Part shown: positions 1 to 13,442 of the stretch, piece by piece
Numbering within the stretch: the first letter of the stretch is position 1
Layout of the letters: each line of letters opens with the position of its first letter
From: Lingula anatina
Taxonomy: Eukaryota > Animalia > Brachiopoda
Direction: 5' to 3'
DNA: 64,000 bases
Assembly (NCBI GenBank): GCA_051362555.1
Contig: CM120645.1
Span: 3,596,001 to 3,660,000 of the forward strand
The notes under the pieces: generated by a model
Database searches by the model: none
What the model saw: the letters and a program-made list of their open reading frames with translations, nothing else
What the model was told of the DNA's origin: nothing
Position numbers and translations under genes: made by a program

Positions 1-92
1 ACTAGTTGGTCCGAGGATCATCAGTTGTGAAGGCAACCTCATTACAGGTCGGAAGAAGGGGGCGGTTCTTGCATGGACATATTTACCAAGTG

Positions 93-1244
93 GCATTTCC
101 TGCAATTTTACAACATTATTAGTTGATTATGTAAAATGATGGTAAACTTGTTATCGTGTATTGTGTAATAAAGTTTCAAAAATGGAAATAAACTCATATC
201 ATTGCAGTTTGTCAGATTCAATCATTCACTATGTTCAGAATCTCAGAATGGAAGAGATTGGACATTTAACACTGCTCTGTTGATATTTTTCCCATCTCAT
301 CAATTTTCTTAGTTGATCATATAAAAACGGCAGAAAACTGTTAATTTTGTTTTATGTTAAAAATTGTTAAAAATGGAAAAAAAACATTTCAGAACAGTGC
401 TGCCTCGTTTACATTTTGGCATTTTCAAGTTGTGACTTTGAAGTTCCATGGGCCTGAAGACCTTTGCTAGTCACATTTTCTGAATATCCATTATACTAAT
501 ATTTTATTATTAAAGTTGATGGTCATTATGCTGTTAAACATTATGTAATATTGCATCAAAATTTGAAAAAAAAACTATTTTGGGCACTGCTCCCATGATG
601 ACCATTTAAGAAAAACCATGTCATTTACTGTTCTCAAACTTACAGGGAAGAAACATGGGACTAAAACACAGCTTCAGTAGGAAATACAGTCTGTTTGGTA
701 ATTCTTACTGCCAGTTAAACAGTTATTTTGTGAAAATTTAATTTTTCACATATTGTCATTTTCAAGGTGTGACTTTGAAGTTCCACGGGCTTGAAGACCC
801 ATGCTAGTCACATTTTCTGAAAATCCATGATACGTATATTTTATTATTAAAAATTGACGGTCATTATGCTGTAAACCATTATGTTATATTGCATCAGAAT
901 AGAAGAAAACACAATTTTGGGTGCAGCTGCCATGATGACCATTATGGGAAAACCATGTTACTTATGATTGCCAAACTTTCAAAAAAGAAATACAGGACTA
1001 AAATGCAGTCTGAGTTGGAAAAGCAGTCTAAGTGACTTCTTTTTCTGGAAGTTATACATTTTCAAAGTGTAAACTTGTCACATATTTTAATTACATAGGT
1101 ATTACCTGTTGAGGATAATTAAAATTTGATGTTGAATTTGCAGTTTAACATAATGTATTTTTGCATCAGAATTGACAGTAGCCTATTTTGTGCATAGTTA
1201 TTTCCTGTCTTTTGTCTGTACATTTGACAGCTTTGCTGCCTTGT
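93..1244 (+). mobile_element. Helentron-associated (HINE/DINE-like) non-autonomous element, 3' portion
   Basis: Largely the reverse complement of 4089-4795 and 8700-9250. Ends with subTIR TGTCTGTACAT (1213-1223), short palindrome GACAGC-TTT-GCTGCC and CTTGT followed by a T-run. Confidence 0.75.
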
Positions 1245-1341
1245 TTTTCAATTTCAAGGTAATATTACATGATTCTAACCGCATAATCACCACTAAGTTA
1301 ACATTATGAACTACAGGTAACACCCGTATTTAAAATTGTAA

Positions 1342-1628
1342 CTAGCCTCACGGTTCAGGTCCGTGGAATATCAAAGTCACACAATGAAAAGGAAAATATG
1401 TTTGAAATCCCAGAACTCCAAGATAAAAATTCATATGGGCTGGTTTTGACACAAGGACTGTTATTACTCGTAAGGAACATCTTTGTAATATTGAGAATTA
1501 TAAGTAAAACGTTTTTCCTTTGACGCTGTTTACAGAAAAAGAAGTGCACTGCGACAACTACACATAAAAACGCCAACGATTTTGGCTTTTACGCAGAGCG
1601 GTCGGTTGGCAGATCTTATAGTGAATGA
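1342..1628 (-). mobile_element. Short Helitron-like non-autonomous element
   Basis: On minus: A^TC start at 1628, hairpin CACGG-N7-CCGTG (1349-1365), CTAG^T end at 1342, no TSD. Confidence 0.55.
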
Positions 1629-4088
1629 TATATAGCACACGGAGCGCTATCAACTTTATTTCGCTGAATGCCACACCCCTTGTTAAACATTTACATATAT
1701 ATCTGAGTCTCTTAAGCTAAATAAAATACTATATACCAAAACCGAAAGTAGCCACGTCATTTGGGAAAGTGTGAAATCTTACATAACCAAAACATGAAGA
1801 TTGGGGAGTTTAACTGGGTTATTTCTATTGCGTTAATTTTTCAATAAATAATTCCTCTTTCTCTCTACTTCACTTTTTTAACCTGTACGCTCTTATTTGT
1901 TCAAAAACTGAATTTGGAAACCCCTCAACCGATCTTCGAACATTATTTTGATAACATGCCTTAACAAAGAGAGAAAATGTTCACATGATTTCCATAAATG
2001 TTAATTGAATGTAATTTTACGGTGTCACCAATAACCGACGTTGTTGCAATGATTATTTGACAGCAAATGGAAAGGTCCGTTGTTACTATATTAGCTGTGG
2101 TGGTGGGGGACTGAGTGTGCCTATCTCCCCCAAATTCTGAAAAAGTTTTCATTAAATTGTGCCGAGAAAAGCAAATCGAATGATGTAGGACACACTGTAC
2201 ATTATAGTGAAGGCAAAGTTCAACAAATTTATTCATTCCTTTATACATGTATACTAATCGCACAGCCATCCTATCTACTTATCCAGGTTACACCACGCAC
2301 CACACATATTACAATACAGTAATTACGCTAACAATTTTTTAAGATAGGCGCGTTAACCTGAAACAAGGCCTACTCAATTTAAATCTTCTACGAAGGTCAC
2401 AGATAGTCCTGTTCACGTTTCTCTGGCTTATTCTAAGCACTTTTTTTTTACTGTCGAGCGAGAATTTACGAATGTAATTAATTAACCTCACAGCAATTCC
2501 ACAAAAACGGTTCCAATTCTGAAAAATACCTGTCGCCACCTATTTTTGTCAACAAAAAGGTGTGCAGTATTATAATGTTCATTTATTTTAAACAGTGGAG
2601 TCTCGTGTGTTCACCATAAAAACAATTCATATTCTACACCTTTTCTTGAAGGGAACGCCGAACGTCTACATGTACATGCCGCGAAAAGCACAATTTCTCT
2701 CTCTCGATTTAGTAATACAGTTCATTTGCGGCATAAAAATATGCATATACCTTCCATATTTTAGCATTTTTCCTCAACTAATTTGCTGTAATGTTTCTTT
2801 TTTTTGTATGAAGCATTTTTCTAAAATCTAAATATCACCGTGTTAAATCATTGCGTCTCATTAACCCTTGTGCTTTTCTAAGTCTCCAACTGCTTAAGAA
2901 GCCATGCTTGATATCAGTACAATAAGCTGTAATGTTATCTATCAAACAACTGAGCTACGGCAAAATTTCTGGCACCACGATCTTGTTGATCCGCAGTGAG
3001 AACTCGTGTGATTGTACACACACATACACACGTGGGCTCTCTGCACGCGTGCATGATAGGGGCCACGTCTTTTTTAGGGGTTGAATAACCTGGTCATTCA
3101 AACAAATGGCGTTTTGGAACAATTTCTCATATTGACCAGAATGACAAAAAACCTCGGAGTTTGGGTGAATAACAACAAATTTATAGTTGAAACTTCCCTA
3201 CTGCTTTATTTTCCAGAGAATATTCCAATTTAAGAGCAATTCTTATTTCTTTTCTATCACAGTCTATAGGTCTGTTCTCCCAAATAAAACAAAATAAGCT
3301 CTGTAGAGTTTTGAATGTCACTCAGTCTTCAGCTCAGCAGAAAAACCACCTAAAAGAATGGAACAGAAATGTGCCAAGGTTGGCTTCTACTGCCTTGCTG
3401 ATCATATGGCATTGTTTTCCCCGAGATTCTGAACGAAAATGGAGATATCTTAATAGAAGTTGGCTGAGCAAGATCTATTTTATTTGAGCAAACAAACCTC
3501 CCAATTCTAGTTAGTTAAAGAAAATACATTAACATTATTTACATATTTTATGTTACGAATGATGATGTGATCTTTTTTTTTTTTTTACTAAAATAAAACT
3601 AGCTTTGTAACTGAAAAGCATAATACAGCTTAAATATGTCATGTTAAGCACACTGAAATTTAAATGGTAAAAAATCTGAAAATTAAAGTGAATTCTACAT
3701 TTGATGTTAAAATATATAGCACAATTTAGATTTATGCAAGGGTTTTCAAAACGGTGATAAAGGGCAATGACTCTTACTCTTGCCAGTCAAAACCTAAAAA
3801 TTGACCTAAAAACATTTTTATACAGATCCTGAAATTGAAGAAATAAGGTAGTGGTAATACTGAGCAATAAGGAAAACATAAAATAGGTGATCAAAATCTA
3901 TTTTTACCCCATACCACTAAATGACTGCCTTTGCCTCCTCAATATTACAGGCATTTCATATTTATCCCCAAAATAATGAACATTTCACATTCTATCAGAG
4001 CATCATGTAAGTAAAAATTTTCCAGACTTTTTTTTTATATATAAGAAATATGTACAAACTCTCTAGGCTTACCAACAATATTTACAAA

Positions 4089-7000
4089 ACAAGGCAGCAA
4101 AGCTGTCAAATGTACAGACAAAATAACAGAAAAAATGATGCAAAAGAGGTCATTTTGCCAATTTTGATGCAATAATAAACAAGCCCGTGGAACTTCAAAG
4201 TCACACTTTGAAAATGCCAATATGTGAAACCGTTTAACTGGCAGTAAGAATTACCAAACAGACTGCATTGCCTACTGAAGCTGTATTTTAGTCCCATGTT
4301 TCTTTCCTGTAAGTTTGAGAACAGTAAGTGACATGCTTTTTCTTAAATGGTCATCATGGGAGCAGTGCCCAAAATAGTTTTTTTTTTTTTAATTTTGATG
4401 CAATATTACATAATGTTTAACAGCATAATGACCATCAATTTTAATAATAAAATATTAGTATCATGGATATTCAGAAAATGTGACTAGCAAAGGTCTTCAG
4501 GCCCATGGAACTTCAAAGTCACAACTTGAAAATGCCAAAATGTAAACAAAAACGGCACTGTTCTGAAATGTTTTTTTTTTTTTCATTTTTAACAATTTTT
4601 TAACATAAAACAAAATAAACAGTTTACTGCAATTTTCATATGATCAACTAAGAAAATTGATGAGATGGGAAAAATATCAATAGAATAGTGTTAAATGTCC
4701 AATTTCCTCCATTCTGAGATTCTGAACATAGTGAATGATTGAATCTCACAAACTGCAATGATGTGAGTTTATTTCCATTTTTGACACTTTATTACTAGGT
4801 ATCGGCAGCCATTTTTTGTTTTAATAGTTACAGGTATAAACAATGCACCAAATGAAAGAACTTTGGAAATGATGTACAATGATACTTTATTTGACTCTCT
4901 AGCACCAACAGTTCCCGAGATATGAGCGATTTAAGTTTTAGTAAAATAGACGTTTCAAGTTAATAGAGATTCCGTTATTTTTTGCCATTTTACAGACCCT
5001 CTGTACTGACCAAAAATGATATCAGTAAGTATTAAAGTAATGCATTACTTACAACTATATACATAGAAGTAAAATACATCATTTCATGTTGGAAAAAAAT
5101 AACCGTTTCTGAGATACTCTGCAATGAAAATGCTATTTTGTATCAAGCGGCCATAATAAAACAATGCTGATTATTCACATACAAGCAAATTGATGCATTT
5201 ATTATTTGTTATTCTACGGGTAATTGCTAACAATTTTTGTTTTAAATGGCACAACTATATACAGATATCATGTCTAATTTTTTTCAAATACACTGGGATA
5301 ATACTTTTTCTATAAATAGCTTGCAAAATTAGAAAAAAAGGCAATATCGCAGATGGAATTTCTACCATTGCATGTACTTAAACTGAATTGCAAAAGTAAA
5401 TTGATGATTACTCAGTTACCATTCATGCCACAGGCTTGATCTAGGTATCATTGGAAAGCTAATAACCTTATCTTTAACAATATTGCATTTACAAAGTATT
5501 TAGATGACATATTTTTTTTTAAATGGGCAAAACACAGTATAAATACCCGAAAAATCTACTTGCATCAGTAATTTGACTGTCTTGTTAATTTATTATGCCA
5601 ACATTTCTTATCCAGAGCAATCTTACTTTTAATACACTAGTACTCTTATTCTTTGCAATGCATATAACTGCATTTCACTGCTTTAACAGAATATGTTTTT
5701 GTATTTTAAGTACAGCATCTGTAAATCCTTCAAGATAGGAATTTCCAAACAATGACTGGATAATGTTTTCAGTTCAAGGTCCCATGCAAAGACATATATT
5801 CAGTCTGTGTCTTCTATCTCCTATTTTTTGTCTTAGACCCCACTTGAAATAAATTTCCTTTCCTCTTAATTAAAATTAAAATTAAATTTACTAAATAGCC
5901 TTTAATAAAAGGCATAAATCTTTCTCAACACAAACAACTGGACACGATGCTTGTTTGTACAATGCACAATAGGGGATCTGGTCACCTTCCATATTCTGTC
6001 ACGCTGAAGATTTTTTCCCAATATATGGAGGTAGTCGTCATCTAAAATAATTGATCAAAGGTTTTCACACATAAAAACATTGAGCAGTTTCACGAAGCAT
6101 CATGATGTGAAAGTAAGAAATATCCCAATCTATAAAATACAAATTTTTCTAAAATTAATTTTAATATAGGCCTATTCATACAATATTTTAATAAGTTAAT
6201 TTCCCTTTTGTTATTTTAAGAATTATGCTAAAATTATGTTTCTGAAATATTTGTTGATATACAGCAGTAAGGCCTAAATTATTGATGAGAGCAGAATATG
6301 TTCCATTACTACCTATTCAACTGATAATTACTTCAGGCAATTCACACTCATTCCAGCTTGTGTTGGGGCTGGCCATTCCCGAGTTCTGCTTGTGGCCTTA
6401 AAATAATGGTAAATAACACTGTCAAAATATATTGCCTTGAATAAATGAAATAAGTGTTTGCAATTTTAAACAATGAATAAATTAAAGCATCAGTTACTTC
6501 CTGTCAAATACGATGTCTTTTAAATATAGCTCTACTAAAAAAAGTCGTAGGCCTATAATCGCTCATGATCGTGTGCAGTAGAAAATTAATTATCTTAAAA
6601 AATATGAGACCCTAAGTCCTTAAATTAAATCAGTACAATTTTTAGATCATATGTAACACTAGTATAACAGAAACGTGTCACATTTTTTAATTTGGACACA
6701 CTAGGAAAGCTCTGAAGTCCATTGTTTGCCTGAGGCCTCGTCCGTAATACAAACCAAATGAACTCAACTTTCTTTACACATGCATATTGAAGTAGTTCGA
6801 ACATATTTTATAGATTTCGTCAAGAAATGCCAAAAGCATGTGACCGTGACTAGCTTAGGGGGTTTCTTACCTTTCATTGTCCCTAAATTAGACAAGTAGA
6901 CACAAATTTTATGATAAAAACGGCAGAGGAGCTTTCGACACGCTCTTCGCGGGCGCAGCCATGTTGTAGACGGCACACGGGTTGATATCTTTGATCGCCT

Positions 7001-9613
7001 GGAGAATTTGCGCCTGTGGATTTGTAATTTAGTTTCGAATATCATTAAAATCTACAGAATTTGCACTTTATTTTGATACATAGTTTGTGGGGGGTAAATA
7101 ATTTGCATTATATAAATATTTTAGTTTTTCTTTCGACAAATCTTTAAAACTTACCTTTTTTTGTCGACTTTTATAATTTTTTCTTGGTGGATATTTTCGA
7201 ATGTTACTTCGTTGGCTAGCTCTTCTTTTCAGCTTTAAGATGACAACAAAAACATGCGTGTGCAAGTAATAGCGGAAAATCCCCGAGACGTTTTCTAATG
7301 CCTTGTCAAGGAGCGCATTTGCACCTAAGCGCTGCTGTGCTGTCAGCAGCAGTACAATTCTGCTAAACTGCGCGTAACATGTTATTTACATCTCTTATTA
7401 GACTACGTTTTTTAATGTCAAATCTAGCTTTGTTTTATATTATTTGTAAGAGCAACACCTGCCCTTTTATATGGTATAAAAATATAGGGGGTTACTATTA
7501 AATTTGATACTGAAATTAAACCTTGAAAATGACCTTTTTGGCGCTTTTAAGCAGGTTTTTCTATGCGTTATATGCTTGCTGCCGGTACCTATTATTACAC
7601 AATACACGATAACAAGTTTACCATCATTTTTACATAATCAACTAATAATGTTGTAAAGATGCAGGAAATGTCAACCAAACACTTTTACATGTCTTATTAG
7701 TTAAATAATGAGACTGTTAACATGCCTAAGAATTGAATCTGAGGAAATGTGAAACAAGACAGCACTGTTCTGACATGGGTTTATTTCCATTTTTAACACT
7801 TTTTTAACATAAAACAAAATTAACAGTTTACTGCAATTTTTATATGATCAACTAAGAAAATTGATGAGATGGGAAAAATATCAATAGAGCAGTGTTAAAT
7901 GTCCAATTTCTTCCATTCTGAGATTCTGAACATAGTGAATGATTGAATCTGACAAACTGCAATGATATGAGTTTATTTCCATTTTTGACACTTTATTACA
8001 CAATACACGATAACAAGTTTACCATCATTTTTACATAATCAACTTACAATGGTGTAAAGATGCAGGAAATGTCAAACAAACACTTTTATGTATCTTATTA
8101 GTAAAACAATAAGACTGTTAACATGCCTAAGAATTTAATCTGAGGAAATGTGAAAAAACAGCATTGCTTCTAAAATAATGGCCCGATTATGCTGATTTTC
8201 GAACTCAACCTGCGTTTTAGTAAGATTGACCACTCCTGTGAGTTTAATGACAATTGGCCTATCTGTTTTTCTTATATTGTGTTTACAGTGTTGCATATAT
8301 GCTGAAAAATGAAAAAACAGCATAACTACTAAAATAGTGGCCCGATCATGCCGATTTTCGAACTTGACCTGCATTTTAGTAAGATAGATTACTCCTGTGA
8401 GTTTCATGACAACAGGCCTATCGGTTTTCTTTGGAATGTGTTTACAGTGTTGCATATATGCTGAAAAGTGAAAAAAAAGCATAACTTCTACAAAAATGGC
8501 CCAATCATGCTGATTTTCGAACTTGACCTGCGTTTTATGAATATTCATCAGCTCTGTAAATATAAAGCCCAAAAGTAAAACTGCCTTCCACTTATCGTGT
8601 TTATAATGAAAGTGCACGGCACCGGCGACGGCGATGACGGCGACGACAGACGCAGGTGATGGCAATATGTACAGACACATCTATATACATATTTACTGTA
8701 CTGTTTGAGAACAGTAAGTGACATGGTTTTTCTTAAATGGTCATCATGGGAGCATTGCCCAAAATAGGTTTTTTTCAAATTTTGATGCAATATTACATAA
8801 TGTTTAACAGCATAATGACCATCAATTTTTAATAATAAAATATTAGTATCATGGATATTCAGAAAATGTGACTAGCAAAGGTCTTCAGGCCCATGGAACC
8901 TCTAAGTCACAACTTGAAAATGCCAAAATGTAAACAAGACAGCACTGTTCTGAAATGTTTTTTTTTTTTCCATTTTTAACAATTTTTAACATAAAACAAA
9001 ATTAACAGTTTACTGCAATTTTTATATGATCAACTAAGAAAATTGATGAGATGGGAAAAATATCAATAGAGCAGTGTTAAATGTCCAATTTCTTCCATTC
9101 TGAGATTCTGAACATAGTGAATGATTGAATCTGACAAACTGCAATGATATGAGTTTATTTCCATTTTTGACACTTTATTACACAATACACGATAACAAGT
9201 TTACCATCATTTTTACAAAATCAACTAACAATGTTGTAAAGATGCAGGAAATGTCAAACAAAAACTTTTACGTATCTTATTAGTTTAATAATGAGACTGT
9301 TAACATGCCTAAGAATTGAATCTGAGGAAATGTGAAAAATATGCTGAAAAGTGAAAAAACAGCATAACTTCTACAATAATGGCCTGATCATGCTGATTTT
9401 CGAACTTGACCTGCATTTTATGAATATTCATCAGCTCTGTAAATATAAAGCCAAAAAGTAAAACTGCCTTCCACTTATCGTGTTTACAAGGAAAGTGCAC
9501 GGCGACGGCATCGGCATCGGCATCGGCATCGGCATCGCCATCGGCATCGGCATCGGCGACGACAGACGCAGGTGATGGCAATATGTACAGACACATCTGT
9601 GTCTGTACATAAA
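4089..9613 (-). mobile_element. Helentron-associated (HINE/DINE/pearl-like) element with internal duplications, interrupted by a TIR element
   Basis: 5' end: T-run, 13-bp hairpin ATGTACAGACACA-tc-TGTGTCTGTACAT (9583-9610), then a (GCCGAT)n microsatellite and GGTCAAGTTCGAAAATC core repeats. 3' end at 4089-4120 has the matching subTIR, palindrome and CTTGT. Blocks 7760-8682 and 8940-9597 are duplicates. Confidence 0.75.
4796..7591. mobile_element. 2.8-kb non-autonomous TIR DNA transposon nested in the HINE
   Basis: 14-bp TIR TAGGTATCGGCAGC / GCTGCCGGTACCTA (1 mismatch), flanked by TTATTAC at 4789-4795 and 7592-7598. The empty site CACTTTATTACACAATAC is present in paralogous copies at 7989 and 9171. 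Confidence 0.88.
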
Positions 9614-9944
9614 AATTAAATACACAATCTATATAGTCCATATTTACAGTGAGTTTTGAGAAATTACTCTTTCTTTAAAGTATACACAAAAACAATGCTT
9701 GCATTCCCTTTTTCTCATGACTTTTACATTGGTATTAATATTTTACTCCCAGACACAAGATGTCTATATTTATACACACACATCTTTTCCTTGTATCCAA
9801 ATAAAAAACACCCTGTCAGCAACTGAAGCTGAACAAACACTGCAGATCTTGCTCATTTAAAAAACAGTTGACTTGGACAGCTGTGCTGACATACAATAAT
9901 ATATACTTGAAACAAACGCCATGCACATTCATTTTTGGAACAAT

Positions 9945-12900
9945 TTAGTCATTAGGTCTGACTTGTAGTGTGATCTTCTGCTGATTGTCTATCACTTCAC
10001 GGAGTTTGTTCTCCGTCATTGTCAGTCGTTGTTCCAAAATAGACACAGTCTACATGAAAGAAAAAAAAAAAAGAATAAAAAAGAATAATTATTCGACCAT
10101 AATAGCAATTTACATGTTAATAACAGCAAACAGTTGTCTTTATTTCTAAATACAATATTTCGGCCATTCAGTTCTTTTGTGAGACTTCCAACAAAAACTT
10201 CTTTTCAAACTGAAATGCAAGCTGTAGACTATGCACTTAAACAAAAGGCTCAACTTTGCTTGCATTGCCAATGTATGGACAATATCATATCATGCCAAAA
10301 ATCAGACTTTGGCTTAGTTAATCAATCGACAACTTCAGAAATATTAAACCTATATGTTGGGAATAGAGCTATGTCTGATAGCAAATATTATTTTCAAAAC
10401 ATCTAAATGTTTAACATCAAATTTGTCCATAAGAGTCTTTTTCCCGGCATTTTAGCTACAGTAGCAATAGTTTTACCAGCCTATAATCTGAGAATGGGGT
10501 CTCAGTTCCACCTGAACATGACCAGAAAAGCCTTTGTTAAAAAAGAAAATATAAAAATAAAATTGAAAAACCTACCTGTGTTATGATATCAAGCTGTCCT
10601 ACAATATGTTCTAGTGTGCTACTGAGCTGAGGCGGTAGAGACTGGGCTTCAAGTGGCTGAGTACCAGAGGGATACGAAGACGTGTCGCCCCGCATGGCTC
10701 TGTCTGTTGACGTCATCTCCAAGTCTCCAAGGCCCACCGTTGCATCATGCGACGTATTCTGAAAGGAGAGGATAACTCGTGTCTTCAGATGTACTGTCAC
10801 GTAAATACAACCATGAAGTTACATGATATAAATAAGTCTTTTATTGGCTTTTTAGATACATGTATATAAAAAAGAAAGCATTTTATCTTAAACGAGGAAA
10901 AAAAGTTAAGATAGATGGCAGCAAAACACAATTTGTCATCTAGGTGTCTCTGTTAGTTAGATGCTCAAATTCAGGCATGACTTCGATTAAAAAATGTTGT
11001 TGACTATAAACTTCTTTTCTAGCTAATATTATAAGATGGAAGAGGAGGAATATTTTTATTACCCGTGGTTGAGAGAACAGGGCAGGACCAACATCAGTGA
11101 CACCTGGCGGTATGTCTGACATATTGCGTAAACCTGCGCGGGCATCTAACTGAATAGAGAAAGAAAAACTGCTGTGTACTGATATAACAGCAAAACTACG
11201 CTCTCTTCTTTTTCATAACCCAAATGCACATGTACTCAATTGCAATCACATTTATAAACTTCGATCCGAGATTTTATTGCTCTGCCCCTGCAGGGAGTCC
11301 ATTAGGGGATCGGGTGGCATACCTTTTAAGTGGGTCAGTCACATTCGATCCACAGATCTGTTACAGGGCTTGACACTAACTTTTTTTGATACTGGTCCGA
11401 GATATCGGTAAATAGTGCAGGATGATTTGACACATGGCATACTTGCTTTTTGGGCCAGTGGGCCACCCTTAATGTCAAGCCCTGTATTAGCCTGTGGATC
11501 AACTTGTTCTGAAAGGGTCCTAAGATGATGTTGTTACAAATGATGGATAGCATTTCTGAACTGAGGATCTATTAGTCAGTGTTGCAAATTGTTCTTATTG
11601 CACCCTTATTATACGCAGGCCTAAATACAGCGTCCAAGCTAATAATCCCTGTGAAAATTTGTCTCATTTAACATTCACTTACGGTTCTTAATCTATTCTA
11701 GAACATTTGGAACTGTTTTTGGGAAGTCCTTCAGAATGTCCTACAACAGATTAAGAACATTTTTCATTAGAAGAGAAACACATTATGGTCTAGGACAGAT
11801 TAAGAACCGTTAGCGAGCATTAATGAGACAAATTTTTGCAGGGGAACCCAGTGATATGTGGCGGAGTCCTGGATACCTTTGGTGCAGCTGGCCTGGCCGG
11901 AGATCTATGAGGAGACCGCGGAGGGATGTCGTGCACATGGGGAGGAGGATCCACAAACTCTCTCCGCCGGTGTGACTGTAGCACCTCGTTGTAGTCCACC
12001 TGGTCGAAATTGGTCTTCCACACGAGCACCTGCTCGTCCGAGCCCCCTGAGGCGAAATACTCGCCGGAGCGTGAGAACTTGACAGCAGTGGCAGGCCCCT
12101 GGGGAAGGGAACAGAATGAGATTGAAACACTGTATGGTAGTAGACTTAGAATAGTTATGTCAATCTGAAAATATTTTTAATTGAAAGAATTGTATTATAA
12201 AAACACATACACTGATACATATCTACACTTACTTTCTAATGTGATTCAGACATTCAGATGGCTTTGTTAATAAGATAAAATCAAAGGCACTAAATGAAAA
12301 AAAAATTTTTTTTTTTGGAAATCATTTTACAACAACCATTTTACTAATCTAAAGATGAAAACTGAGATGTAATTTTAAGTCATAGGGAAGGATAATTAAG
12401 TGAATCACTGCTTAAGTAATAAAGTATGTTCAGGTAAATAAGTAAATAATGAACATCTCAATCCACAGCACCAGTCTGTCAACCATGCACAATACAAGTG
12501 GAGTTTTCACAACGGTGTCCATGTAAAGTAGTCCAAGCACATCCTGAGAATGGAGTAGCCCAAATGTGACACAAATATTTGAATTCAATACATAACCACT
12601 CTGTGCCAATTTCTTTTTTTAATTTTCTACCTGATAGCCATTTGGAACACTATGGTATAACAATCAACTAACTCTAAGCAGATACCGTGGCCAGTAAAGT
12701 AACAAATTCAGTGCTCGACAGAGGCTCAACTTCAACTGTATTTGGTACTTAGGCTTCATGGGGCCAATGGTCATCGCCGCAGACTCAATTTCGTGATTAC
12801 CTGATGTCCATGAAGAGTATAGAAGAGCCTTCCTTCCAGCAGGTCCAGTATTTTGAGAGTAGAATCATCTGAGGCAGTGATGAGATAGTTGCCACTGGCG

Positions 12901-13215
12901 TGAAATGACAAGCTATTCACAGGTGATGTGTGAGCTGTAGTGAATATATGATAGGATATATTACAGGTTTTATTTATTGGATAAAGTCTGAAAATGCAAA
13001 AGGCATCCATCCCCCAAAATACTAATATGCAATATACATACTAGACAATTACAGTAAATAAAGAAATAAGTATTTAAAGTGTAAATAAATAAACAAATAA
13101 ATAAATAAAATTATTTTCAAAATTCATAAAAAATGCTTCCAAAGTGAAATCAATGCCATAAAAGACTGATTCAAGAAAGCATTTTTTTTCATCTTACACC
13201 TCCACACACAAAAAC

Positions 13216-13258
<43 letters not shown>

Positions 13259-13395
13259 CATTTACTGACCAGTGTAATGTTGCAGCAGTTTGTTCATCCT
13301 GATGTCCCATACTTTGACTGTGGAGTCTGTCCCGGCTGCTGCTATACATGTCCCACTGGGATGGAAGGCTACATGGTTCACAAACCTGGAGATAA

Positions 13396-13442
<47 letters not shown>

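Noticed and set aside
1630-4080. Spacer between the HINE copies with CpG-containing patches and short ORFs
   Set aside because: Possibly transposon-derived, but no termini, TSD or coding homology could be identified.
8135-8680. 181-aa minus-strand ORF with internal repeats, and the related 9309-9641 ORF with DADADA
   Set aside because: Translations of HINE core repeats and the microsatellite; no protein-family signal.
11869-11876. POC1 intron 10 donor GTATCC as a possible U12 intron
   Set aside because: It continues AG rather than TT, and the acceptor has a normal pyrimidine tract with no TCCTTAAC branch point.
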